This document shows positions 23,280 through 34,444 of a DNA stretch of 64,000 bases, piece after piece. Source of the stretch: Nemertoderma westbladi (lineage: Eukaryota; Animalia; Xenacoelomorpha); the NCBI GenBank assembly GCA_032718475.1, contig JAUCBJ010004524.1, forward strand, positions 1-64,000. The letters are read 5' to 3'. The notes under the pieces are model-generated. The model had not been told where the DNA came from. It made no database searches and worked only from the letters and a program-made list of their open reading frames with translations. Positions within the stretch are counted from its first letter, which is position 1. Every line of letters starts with the position of its first letter. A program made the position numbers and the translations under genes.

Positions 23280-24060
23280 CCCCCCCCCCCCTAATTTTTC
23301 TACAAATCGTAATGAGATTGCATGAAATTTGAAACAGAGATAGTTTCACCTCCCGACCACTGACTGGGTGAGCTAGAATTTTTATTTTTGCTTTCATTCT
23401 TTAGCTACAAGCGTTTAAAAAAATTGTCTCCGTCGATATTGCACCAGTTACACCGCAGTTATACTTCAAACATTTAGTGATTTGTTGGTACTAGTAGAAA
23501 GCTGGCTGTGCAAGGATTCCAAATATGTAAACATATTTGAATTTGGTTTTGAAAAATAAGTAAATATATTTGAATTTGGTTGGGAAATAGCTCCGAGATG
23601 GCACTAGTAAAGCAAAATGGTCCCGTCCCTACTTCGCCCTGTCTACACCCCCTGCCATTTTTCCTGATACAGGGCATTCGAATTTTTCATGTATTAATTG
23701 CTTCCGCTGCAGGCCATTTATTCTATTTAATAAATACACAATTTTTCTAGAACGTTTTGTTTATCTAATAAGTAGCATGGCAACAATGCAATGCCTACAT
23801 TATAATACTATTATATGGATATTCATACATAATCAAAATCTTCTAGAACATTGTGTATTTATTAAATAGAATAAATGGCCTGCAGGGGAAGCAAATATAT
23901 TCAAAATTAGAATGCCCCTATCTGAGCTATTTCCCAACCAAATTCAAATGTTTTTACATATTTGGAATTCTTGCAAGGTCAGCTTTCCACTAGTACCAAC
24001 AAATCACTAAATATTTGAAGAATAACTGCGGTGTAACTGGTGCAATATCGACGGGGAGAC
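23280..24060. mobile_element. Fold-back element related to the poly-C TIR family
   Basis: 23430-23750 is the reverse complement of 23845-24055 (for example atattgcaccagttacaccgcagtt / aactgcggtgtaactggtgcaatat). A related fragment lies at about 12925-13050. Confidence 0.75.
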
Positions 24061-24106
24061 CTTTTATAAAACATATATCATTGTAGTATTACAATAATAT
24101 AAACCA

Positions 24107-24407
24107 TGTCCCGTAATATAGTGTCATTTTCTGATGACACGGACCACCCCCCCCCCCCCCCCCCCAGATTTTTCTACAAATCTTTAACACATTGCTTGAA
24201 ATTTGAAACACCACTAGTTCCACTCACCGTCGATGACCCCATGAAGCCGGAATTTTCCATTTTGTCTTGTAAATTTTTTTTATAAGCGTTTTAAAAAAGT
24301 GTCTTTTGCGAAATAGCAACCTCAGTATCGTGGCCATTCTTCGCATTAGTCGTAATTCATTTTCATATCATTAGAAAGCTTGCGTTGCAAGGATTCGAAA
24401 TATGTAA
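24107..24407 (+). mobile_element. Left arm of a fold-back MITE, truncated by the microsatellite
   Basis: It is collinear with 54115-54410 up to gattcgaaatatgtaa. Confidence 0.85.
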
Positions 24408-24408
24408 T

Positions 24409-27167
24409 GACTGACTGGCTGACTGGCTGACTGGCTGACTGGCTGACTGGCTGACTGGCTGACTGGCTGACTGGCTGACTGGCTGACTGGCTGACTGGCT
24501 GACTGGCTGACTGGCTGACTGGCTGACTGGCTGACTGGCTGACTGGCTGACTGGCTGACTGGCTGACTGGCTGACTGGCTGACTGGCTGACTGGCTGACT
24601 GGCTGACTGGCTGACTGGCTGACTGGCTGACTGGCTGACTGGCTGACTGGCTGACTGGCTGACTGGCTGACTGGCTGACTGGCTGACTGGCTGACTGGCT
24701 GACTGGCTGACTGGCTGACTGGCTGACTGGCTGACTGGCTGACTGGCTGACTGGCTGACTGGCTGACTGGCTGACTGGCTGACTGGCTGACTGGCTGACT
24801 GGCTGACTGGCTGACTGGCTGACTGGCTGACTGGCTGACTGGCTGACTGGCTGACTGGCTGACTGGCTGACTGGCTGACTGGCTGACTGGCTGACTGGCT
24901 GACTGGCTGACTGGCTGACTGGCTGACTGGCTGACTGGCTGACTGGCTGACTGGCTGACTGGCTGACTGGCTGACTGGCTGACTGGCTGACTGGCTGACT
25001 GGCTGACTGGCTGACTGGCTGACTGGCTGACTGGCTGACTGGCTGACTGGCTGACTGGCTGACTGGCTGACTGGCTGACTGGCTGACTGGCTGACTGGCT
25101 GACTGGCTGACTGGCTGACTGGCTGACTGGCTGACTGGCTGACTGGCTGACTGGCTGACTGGCTGACTGGCTGACTGGCTGACTGGCTGACTGGCTGACT
25201 GGCTGACTGGCTGACTGGCTGACTGGCTGACTGGCTGACTGGCTGACTGGCTGACTGGCTGACTGGCTGACTGGCTGACTGGCTGACTGGCTGACTGGCT
25301 GACTGGCTGACTGGCTGACTGGCTGACTGGCTGACTGGCTGACTGGCTGACTGGCTGACTGGCTGACTGGCTGACTGGCTGACTGGCTGACTGGCTGACT
25401 GGCTGACTGGCTGACTGGCTGACTGGCTGACTGGCTGACTGGCTGACTGGCTGACTGGCTGACTGGCTGACTGGCTGACTGGCTGACTGGCTGACTGGCT
25501 GACTGGCTGACTGGCTGACTGGCTGACTGGCTGACTGGCTGACTGGCTGACTGGCTGACTGGCTGACTGGCTGACTGGCTGACTGGCTGACTGGCTGACT
25601 GGCTGACTGGCTGACTGGCTGACTGGCTGACTGGCTGACTGGCTGACTGGCTGACTGGCTGACTGGCTGACTGGCTGACTGGCTGACTGGCTGACTGGCT
25701 GACTGGCTGACTGGCTGACTGACTGACTGACTGACTGACTGACTGACTGACTGGCTGACTGACTGACTGACTGACTGACTGACTGACTGACTGACTGACT
25801 GACTGACTGACTGACTGACTGACTGACTGACTGACTGACTGACTGACTGACTGACTGACTGACTGACTGACTGACTGACTGACTGACTGACTGACTGACT
25901 GACTGACTGACTGACTGACTGACTGACTGACTGACTGACTGACTGACTGACTGACTGACTGACTGACTGACTGACTGACTGACTGACTGACTGACTGACT
26001 GACTGACTGACTGACTGACTGACTGACTGACTGACTGACTGACTGACTGACTGACTGACTGACTGACTGACTGACTGACTGACTGACTGACTGACTGACT
26101 GACTGACTGACTGACTGACTGACTGACTGACTGACTGACTGACTGACTGACTGACTGACTGACTGACTGACTGACTGACTGACTGACTGACTGACTGACT
26201 GACTGACTGACTGACTGACTGACTGACTGACTGACTGACTGACTGACTGACTGACTGACTGACTGACTGACTGACTGACTGACTGACTGACTGACTGACT
26301 GACTGACTGACTGACTGACTGACTGACTGACTGACTGACTGACTGACTGACTGACTGACTGACTGACTGACTGACTGACTGACTGACTGACTGACTGACT
26401 GACTGACTGACTGACTGACTGACTGACTGACTGACTGACTGACTGACTGACTGACTGACTGACTGACTGACTGACTGACTGACTGACTGACTGACTGACT
26501 GACTGACTGACTGACTGACTGACTGACTGACTGACTGACTGACTGACTGACTGACTGACTGACTGACTGACTGACTGACTGACTGACTGACTGACTGACT
26601 GACTGACTGACTGACTGACTGACTGACTGACTGACTGACTGACTGACTGACTGACTGACTGACTGACTGACTGACTGACTGACTGACTGACTGACTGACT
26701 GACTGACTGACTGACTGACTGACTGACTGACTGACTGACTGACTGACTGACTGACTGACTGACTGACTGACTGACTGACTGACTGACTGACTGACTGACT
26801 GACTGACTGACTGACTGACTGACTGACTGACTGACTGACTGACTGACTGACTGACTGACTGACTGACTGACTGACTGACTGACTGACTGACTGACTGACT
26901 GACTGACTGACTGACTGACTGACTGACTGACTGACTGACTGACTGACTGACTGACTGACTGACTGACTGACTGACTGACTGACTGACTGACTGACTGACT
27001 GACTGACTGACTGACTGACTGACTGACTGACTGACTGACTGACTGACTGACTGACTGACTGACTGACTGACTGACTGACTGACTGACTGACTGACTGACT
27101 GACTGACTGACTGACTGACTGACTGACTGACTGACTGACTGACTGACTGACTGACTGACTGACTGAC
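24409..27167. repeat. Compound microsatellite: (GACTGGCT)n then (GACT)n, about 2.76 kb
   Basis: The octamer array runs to about 25716, then pure GACT follows with a single GGCT at about 25753. Confidence 0.99.
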
Positions 27168-27509
27168 TCTAACGATTTTAATGAAATTTTCACAGCGGCT
27201 GGCTGGCCGGATTCTAAGGTCCCTGGAATGATCGGCTACTCCATTCATAGCCTCTGGGCTCGTAAATTAGACATTAAACGAAAAAAACGCCATAGGCGCA
27301 ATGATAAAAACACCAGCTGGCGCTCATGAAAAATGAATAGCGATGGCCTAGTAAATGTTGACTGGTTTCGGAATTCCAAAACGAGGTCTTCACTATTTGC
27401 AAGTCGATTTTGTTCAAGAATTGAGCAACTAATAATAGATCGAATTTATTAATAATTATTGTATGAAATATGATTGTATATTTACATAATTATGATTTCT
27501 ATATTATAT

Positions 27510-27650
27510 CACGAAAAGTTCCCAATATTTTAAAAACTGTTATCAATATTAGGATGGCAATATAATTTTAGGAAAAGTTGTAAAGTTTCGGATGCCCAGC
27601 TGCGTTTGATTCAGAGTTATAAAAAAAAACCACGTGAGGTCATATTGACC
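27510..27650 (-). mobile_element. Fragment related to the left end of the 34522 piggyBac-type element
   Basis: It is a diverged reverse complement of 34543-34690 (ggtcatattgacc, ttttaggaaaagt, tgcgtttg). Confidence 0.6.
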
Positions 27651-28224
27651 TCCTTGATTATTGGTGAAAATCAGAAATGTCCAAAATTATTTTGTGGGAT
27701 TTTGATATATTTATGAGCAATATGAGCATGCTGGGTTACTACTGGTAGTCAAGATATTGTAATTGATTTGCGCCAGATTGGCACAAATTGTATGTATTAC
27801 ATCAGCTTACAGCTTGGTATGTCTGAAGTTTACTATAACAGTAATAATGCCAACACTATATTACCCCTACTGTGTCTTCTGTTTCGCTTGTGTTTTCAGA
27901 TTTCATCCATGACGAATATTCACAGCAAGGATTTTTTTTAGGGATCATATTCCGATATATTTACTATTGAGCGAACCCGAACCAGAAAGGGTCAGTGAAC
28001 TTTGTCACAATACATTTCAATGATATCAACTAAATTTTTATAAATTTTTTTGAATGTAATTAATAAAATATAATAATAAATATATAATAAAATAATAATA
28101 TTAATTAAGGAATTAAATTACTTTAGTAAACGTTTAATAGTCAAAATAATAGTGTACAAAGAGTAGTAGACATGACCATTTTTTGAATATCAATGTGATA
28201 ATACGGTTGTGTATGGGATGAACA

Positions 28225-28410
28225 ACGTCTTGGTTAAAGTTAACAACGGCTTGATTAGTGTTAACTAATGTTAGGTTGGGATTAACAATGGTTTGGTTAG
28301 GGTTAACATCGGCTTGATTAGTGTTAACAAATGTTAGGTTGGGATTAACAATGGTTTGGTTAGGGTTAACATCGGCTTGATTAGTGTTAACAAATGTTAG
28401 GTGGGAGTAA
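28225..28410. repeat. 60-bp tandem repeat, about 3 copies
   Basis: The unit is ggcttgattagtgttaacaaatgttaggttgggattaacaatggtttggttagggttaac-like. Confidence 0.85.
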
Positions 28411-28444
28411 CGTTTACTTAATTAAACGTAACAAGTACTGTAAT

Positions 28445-30030
28445 AGTTACCAAGTTTCAGTCTAAACGGGTTGTAAATAGCAAAGCTGGAGAAGATGTTT
28501 ACTTTCAGACATTTCGCCCTTTAGCGGTAGACTGTGGCACTTTAGACATCTCTACGACTCCGTAACGATACAACCTATCCTGTAGTAGATACCTACCAAG
28601 TTTCAGCTCAAAAGAATTAAAAACAACCAAATGAGATCAGGTTTTCACTATCAGACATTTCGCCCTCTAGCGTTAGACTGGTTAACTGTAGATGACTCTG
28701 CCACTGCATAAAGATACAGCCTATGCCGAAGTAGATGCCTACCAAGTTTCAGTTTAAACCAATTGTAAATAACAAAGCTGGAGGAGATTTTCACTTTAAG
28801 ACAATTAGCCCTCTAGCGGCAGACGGGAACTGTAAACGAAACTAATACCTATATGATAGCAAGTTTCAGCTCAAAAATAATTAAAAACACCCAAATGAGA
28901 TCACGTTTTCACTATCAGACAATTCGCCATCTAGCGCGGACGGGTGAACTGTAACCGACTCTGCGTCTCAGTAATGATACAGCCTATGCTGAAGTAGATG
29001 CCTACCAAGTTTCAGTCTAAACGGATTGTAAATAACAAAGTTGGAGAAGATGTTCACTTTCAGACATTTCGCCCTTTAGCGGCAGAAGGGGGAACTGTAG
29101 ACGAATCTGCGACTTTGTAAAGATACAGCCTATGCTGAAGTAAATGCCTACCAAGTTTCAGCTCAAAAGAATTAAAAGCAACCAAATGATATTTTATATA
29201 TAAATTATTGTAGGAAGATATACAGTATCACTTGAATATGTAAGAAACCGCCGTGGGATAAGGGATCCGGTTTAGTGTATATATATTTGTAAGCATAAAA
29301 TAATAAATAAATAAAATGTTATTTTAAATAAACCTAGATCGACCTCAGAAAAATTCATATATTATTATTATTATATTATTTTATTTAAAATAATATTTTA
29401 TTTATTTATTATTTATTTATTATTCATTATTTTATGCTTACAAATATATATTTTATATATATATAATATATATTTACAAGCCTACACACCATTATAAACA
29501 TTAATTAATTAATTATTAACTTAACTTAACAAAACGTCATATGATTGAGTGTTCTCTCAAACAAAAGGACTGATGCTGTTTTACTTTTCAGATATCTACA
29601 TACAACGTACAACATCATATAAGGCTCAGGTTGTAGTAGACACCTGCCAAATATCACTTCCAAAGGATTACAAATTGTAAAAATATGGAAGAAGGTTAAA
29701 CTGTAGAACTGCAGGTGGTTACCATCCTCGTAAATACAACCTATAGTTTAGTTAGTTTAGTATGTACTGCATTGCATTACGCCCCCTAGTGGCAGACAGA
29801 GCTGTTGCAGATTGGTCAGAGTTCTCCACAAACAGGCAGTCTATGGTGTATTAGACCTCTGCCAAGTATCAGCAAAAAAGCATTAGGAACAACGACATGG
29901 GATAAGGTTTTCACTTTCGGATTTCTCTCCCCCTAGCGGCAGACTGGGGAATTCCAGATTGGTCAGCGTCCTCTGCAAACACACAGCCTATGGTGTAGTA
30001 GACCTCTGCCACGCATCAGCTATAAGGCAT
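28445..30030 (-). mobile_element. Array of ~145-bp HINE units (same family as 4751-5712, reverse orientation); resumes at 33522-33690
   Basis: Units contain taccaagtttcag and gcccTCTAGCGGcagac at about 28516, 28662, 28808, 28926, 29071, 29781, 29929 and 33601. An AT-rich interruption spans about 29190-29560. Confidence 0.75.
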
Positions 30031-30043
30031 ATATAAGGCTATA

Positions 30044-32225
30044 TTGCTGCACTTAGTAGCGCCAAATGGAGATATCTTTCTATTCGACCTAGGGACCTAT
30101 GGAAAGAAGAGCGGGCCGAAGTTGAACCGGTTGCCAAACGCAGTGCAGGAGGTAGTAAGACAGAAGACTATGGTCAAGGTGGGATCGGCGATACACGACG
30201 ACGCAGACAGAATTATTGGACCAGACACCCCCAATCTTCCGGACAGGCAGGTAGTCTACATGGCTATGACGAAACCAGAAGGATTGGGATTGGTGGACAA
30301 CACGGGACATTGCGGATCCGTGGCGATGGGCCAACTGATGGGACTCGTCTGCCACAAGCCGATGGACTGGAACAAGTTCCGGGAGGAATACGGAGCGGAA
30401 CTTGCGAACTCACTCAAGTGGGGAGCGAGACCAGGGAAGGAGGAGCTATATCACTTCCAGAAGGGAGCGATGAAGATATATCAGAAGATATATATCCTAC
30501 AAGAGGACTGGATAATTATAGGTTTACTAAACCTATTCATTGCGGTGACTATCGGGAGGGAGCCGATGGCGTTTCTACTATCGGGATCACCTCTGAATCA
30601 CAGGAGAGCCTTTAAGGTGGCCCTAGAAGGTCTTGTAGACCACCCGGGGCTGAAGGGCGAGTCGGTATATTACAATACCCGACACCTGGTGGACAGAGAG
30701 GTAGATACACTGTACATGCAATGGAAGAAACAGGAGGCGGATAGGGTTGAGGAGAGGAGACTAGAGGAGGTCGCCAGGAGAGAGAGAAGGGAGGCAGCGG
30801 GCAGAGAGGCAGATATAAGTGGAAAGGAGTATGAGTTCGAAGCCCAGGATTTGGACGAGCTGAGGTGGGGATCGGAGACCTTGGGTGAGTTACGGTTGGG
30901 GGACGAACTGGGTTGGATGGAAGAGACACCGACACAGTCTACATCGGGGCTACAAAGAATGCCCATGCCTGCAGGCTCTGAGGGCAACATCGGAAGGAAA
31001 AGACCGAGGGAGTTAGAAGGGTAGAAGGTCATCGCGGATACCAGGGTGGAAAGGGACACAGTGGATTATCTGGGATCCCGGGTTTGGATCCACTCCCAGC
31101 AGGGGAAGAGGAGGAGGACGAGTTCGGGGTGATGCTGCTGATAGAGAGGATTGCGCCCACGGCAGGGGAAGAAGAGGAGGATGAGTTCGGGGCGATACCA
31201 CCGATAGCAAGGATTGGCCACTCGGACATGGACTGTGTGTACGGGAGAGTGGTGACGGCCAGTGGGGCGAGAGCCTTCTGGGACAAACCCGGTAAGCGGT
31301 CCTGGGAGCACAGGGAGCCGACAATGGACTTCGCGGCAAGTACGATCCGACTGGGAGAGCAACCGGGGATGGCACCACGGGTAGTGTTTGGATAAACGAT
31401 GCCGAGGGTGGAAGAGGACATCGAAATGGGTAGGGAAGACAATGTCCAGATGTTTACCTACCAGCGGGTCCACAGACCCAGGAGGCCACATGGAGCCAAG
31501 GATGACTTGGGGTGAGAGACAATGATACACAGTTGCGATTACTGTGGGAGATTAACCCATCAGCAAAAGAAATGTCTATACCGTTACCAAAAGTGGATGG
31601 CGTGTCTTTACTGCCGCGAGTCTACACACAGGATGGGCGCGCGCCCATGGTTGCACAACAGGTATTCGAAGTGCAAGTTTAGAGGGCACTTTGAGCGCCA
31701 GTGCGACTGGATGGATGATGAGGAGAAATTCCGCATTTTCGAGGAATGGGCTGACGTCGGAGTCATGAAACGACAAAGGATGAAGGCCCAGGAGTTCCGG
31801 TGGGGCTTCTTCAACATTAATATAGAAGCCCACCAGCAGATCACCAAGAGGAGACTACCATTCACGTATCAGGAGGTAGCGACAGTGGCATCATAAGGAG
31901 GGGTCATCAACACCCAAAGATATCTGGACAGATGGTCAACAGAAAATAGGATCGAATTCAGGGACTTTCTGGTGGAACACATGCCGCGTGCGATGAAGAT
32001 GATCTTGTGCGACGCTACCAGAGGGAGACAGAAGGGACACTCAGTGGGACCAACTGCGAAGCGATATTGTGAGTTAAAGAGCCAACAACGTGGCTTGGTA
32101 AGACGGTGTCAGCTAGGATGAGTAGCCTCAAGGGTAAACAGGAAGGCAGGAAGCGACCCAGACAGGACGACGATAGGGGCAAGGAACTTAGATGGTTCCC
32201 GGAGGATGCGGGAGGAGCGATGTAG
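30044..32225 (+). pseudogene. Decayed ORF: DEDDy (WRN/EXD/RNase D-like) 3'-5' exonuclease + acidic linker + three CCHC zinc knuckles
   Basis: The exonuclease part reads LHLVAPNGDIFLFDL, LPNAVQEVVRQKTMVKVGSAIHDD (ExoII), MGQLMGLVCHK and QKIYILQED (ExoIII-like). The knuckles are CDYCGRLTHQQKKC, CLYCRESTH and (Y)SKCKFRGHFERQC. ORFs 31084 and 31522 share one frame separated by stops. The ExoI DxE motif is missing because of 5' truncation. Confidence 0.65.
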
Positions 32226-32874
32226 AACTCTAGGACAGGTGATATCAATGTGCCTGGAAGGCACCACATGGACAGACTAGTACAAACAACTCCTAAGTGC
32301 AATTTAACTAAGTGCAATACATTTATATATACAATAAATATATAATCAATATATACGTATCATAGTCAGATATAACATTTTCCAATTAGCTACTGGGACT
32401 GGGGACTAATTGACTGAAACAAGAGGACAGAACAATGATGGATCTTACTGACATGATGTACACATGCGTGAGACGCGATAAGAGTGTGAGGAGAGTGACA
32501 CCGAAAACGGGTTGAGTATGGGAGGAGGTGTTAGTGATGGGGAAGTAAAAGGGTGCGAGATTCAAGTGTGGGGAGCGAGCATGGAGGGGGATGAGTCCTA
32601 AGGGACTAGCGAAAGAGGAAAGGACAACAAAGTCCGAGAGATAAAATTGTGTGAGGAGTGCGGGCAATCGTCTAAAATAGAGACACCAGATACCTTGGTA
32701 CAGCTTAGCTCACAGCTGTCCCAAGGATGGGTAATGAAAGCAGACCCATGGAGGGCCGGCCTGGAAAGCTGACCCCGAGAAGAAAATTCCACCCACATCC
32801 AATATTAGATTGGATTCCAGCAGAATTGAAGAGCACTGAAGGTTGATGCTATCTTCTCACCCGGATGATAGCAT

Positions 32875-33521
32875 GGGGGGGGAGTGTAAGCGGATTCAAT
32901 TCCTTGCACTACCCAGCAGAAAATGGGGCGAAGTGGCATTTTACCAATTATAATTGGGAAGGTAACAATACCAATAATAATGTCACCTAACAACCAATTT
33001 AGGCGATACACATCGCCAGCCACAAAGAAAGTTGAGAGGTCATAAACCTTCTCAGAGGGACAAAGGGGCTAGCAAGGCTAGCATATGGGGATAGTGGCAA
33101 CAGGGAGTGGCATGATGGTAATTAATCGGATTAGCCAATGATGGGAGGGGAAAACAGGTGATTGGAACGCATCTACTGGCCAGGCCACTCAATACAGTAG
33201 CTGTGATTAATGTGTGTTAATAATATATAACAGTTGTACTTGTGGATTATGATTCAGTTGGTAATCTGTAGAGTTGTGAGACCGGAACGGTTTTCAACCG
33301 TCATCATTACCGTGCTATTATATTCTGACTGTGCTATTATTATGTTCTGTGATTAAAACAACTAAGACTAAAACTGAATTATTCCAATGGCCTCAGGCCT
33401 ATTATATTATATCCAGACACCACAGCCTTTCAGCAGCATAAGGACGCGGCGACACGTATAATACCAAACACACACACACCGGTCAGGTTCCAAACTGCCA
33501 ACTCCGTTGGATCCCGTCACA
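32875..33521 (+). mobile_element. Putative polypurine tract + 3' LTR (32885-33521) of an LTR retrotransposon
   Basis: GGGGGGGGAG is followed directly by TGTAAGCGG. The segment ends CCCGTCACA (an imperfect terminal inverted repeat), exactly where the host HINE unit (tagacctctgcc) resumes. ATTAAA lies at about 33352. No second LTR is in the window. Confidence 0.55.
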
Positions 33522-33699
33522 TAGACCTCTGCCACGTATCAGCTAAAAAGCATTAATAATAACGAAATGGGAAAAGGTTTTCAGTGTCTGACATTCTGTT
33601 TCTAGCGGTAGACTGGAGAACTGCAGATTGATCAGTGTCCTCCCAAACACAAAGTCTATGGTCAGGAACATATCTGCAAAGTATAATTTAGAACAGATT

Positions 33700-34172
33700 G
33701 AGTCTGTTGGTGCAACCGCTGTTATAGAGTTTCCTGCTGGTTGACAAATTTGGCTGAAAATGGTTATGGAATAATAGCCCAATTTGACCACAAATACGCA
33801 TTCACGCATAAATGATGTATAAAATTAGCCTCGATATAACGACGTTTCACATCACCCCATGTGCTCGGGGCAGTCTGCACCATGTAGATGCGCATGAAAA
33901 GTAGCAAAATAGTCGAGACCCAACGTCTAGAGTGACAGAATGAACTGCTAGGCCTACTGCACTACCAGTACCAGATTCACGAAATTTGCTTTCACGCAAA
34001 CAAACACTTATAAGACTCGAGATAGCGACAGTGCACGTGTTCGTGACGAGAGCTTTCGTTCGATGTTTCGCGAGCTCTGATAGGTGCTTGTGTGTAGAAA
34101 TGTATAGCTTGGACAGACAAACAAACAAACAGACAGACACATGATATTTATTTATATATATATATATATAGA
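33700..34172 (-). mobile_element. Helitron-like non-autonomous 5' end
   Basis: The minus strand starts (A)TCTATATATAT..AAATAAAT..GTGTCTGTCTGTTTGTTTG, typical of invertebrate non-autonomous Helitrons. The other end is undefined. Confidence 0.45.
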
Positions 34173-34444
34173 TTAGATATTATTAGATTTAGTTTATTTA
34201 TTTAGATTATATAGATTAGCTTTTATTTCAATTTTTCTTCGCCCACATGTTAGAGGGGTCTCAAATTGTAGATAATTAATTAGTTGTTTTAAATTGTGGG
34301 TGTGGAATCAGTCTAATTGAGGGTAGCTAATGTTTTACCACTGTTTACCAATAATATGAACAATGCTAAAAAGTTGGGGGTTTCTCTGATGTTTTTGGTT
34401 CAAATTTTTTCCCACATGTTTCATGGTTCTTCAAATTTTCTATA

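Noticed and set aside
24363-27248. 961-aa and 940-aa SQSV/SQPV ORFs
   Set aside because: They are read-throughs of the GACT/GGCT microsatellite, which has no stops on the minus strand. They are not proteins.
28225-28410. Interstitial telomeric TTAGG/TTAGGG repeats
   Set aside because: Only isolated hexamers occur inside a 60-bp unit; there is no tandem telomeric tract.
32386-33130. Convergent minus-strand gene in the LTR insert
   Set aside because: It consists of short broken ORFs with no recognisable motif, explained by the antisense of purine-rich DNA and overlapping the putative LTR.
33275-33521. Shorter 247-bp LTR (TGTGA...TCACA)
   Set aside because: It has no adjacent PPT or PBS, so the 32885 start directly after the G-tract is preferred. 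It is not fully excluded without a second LTR.
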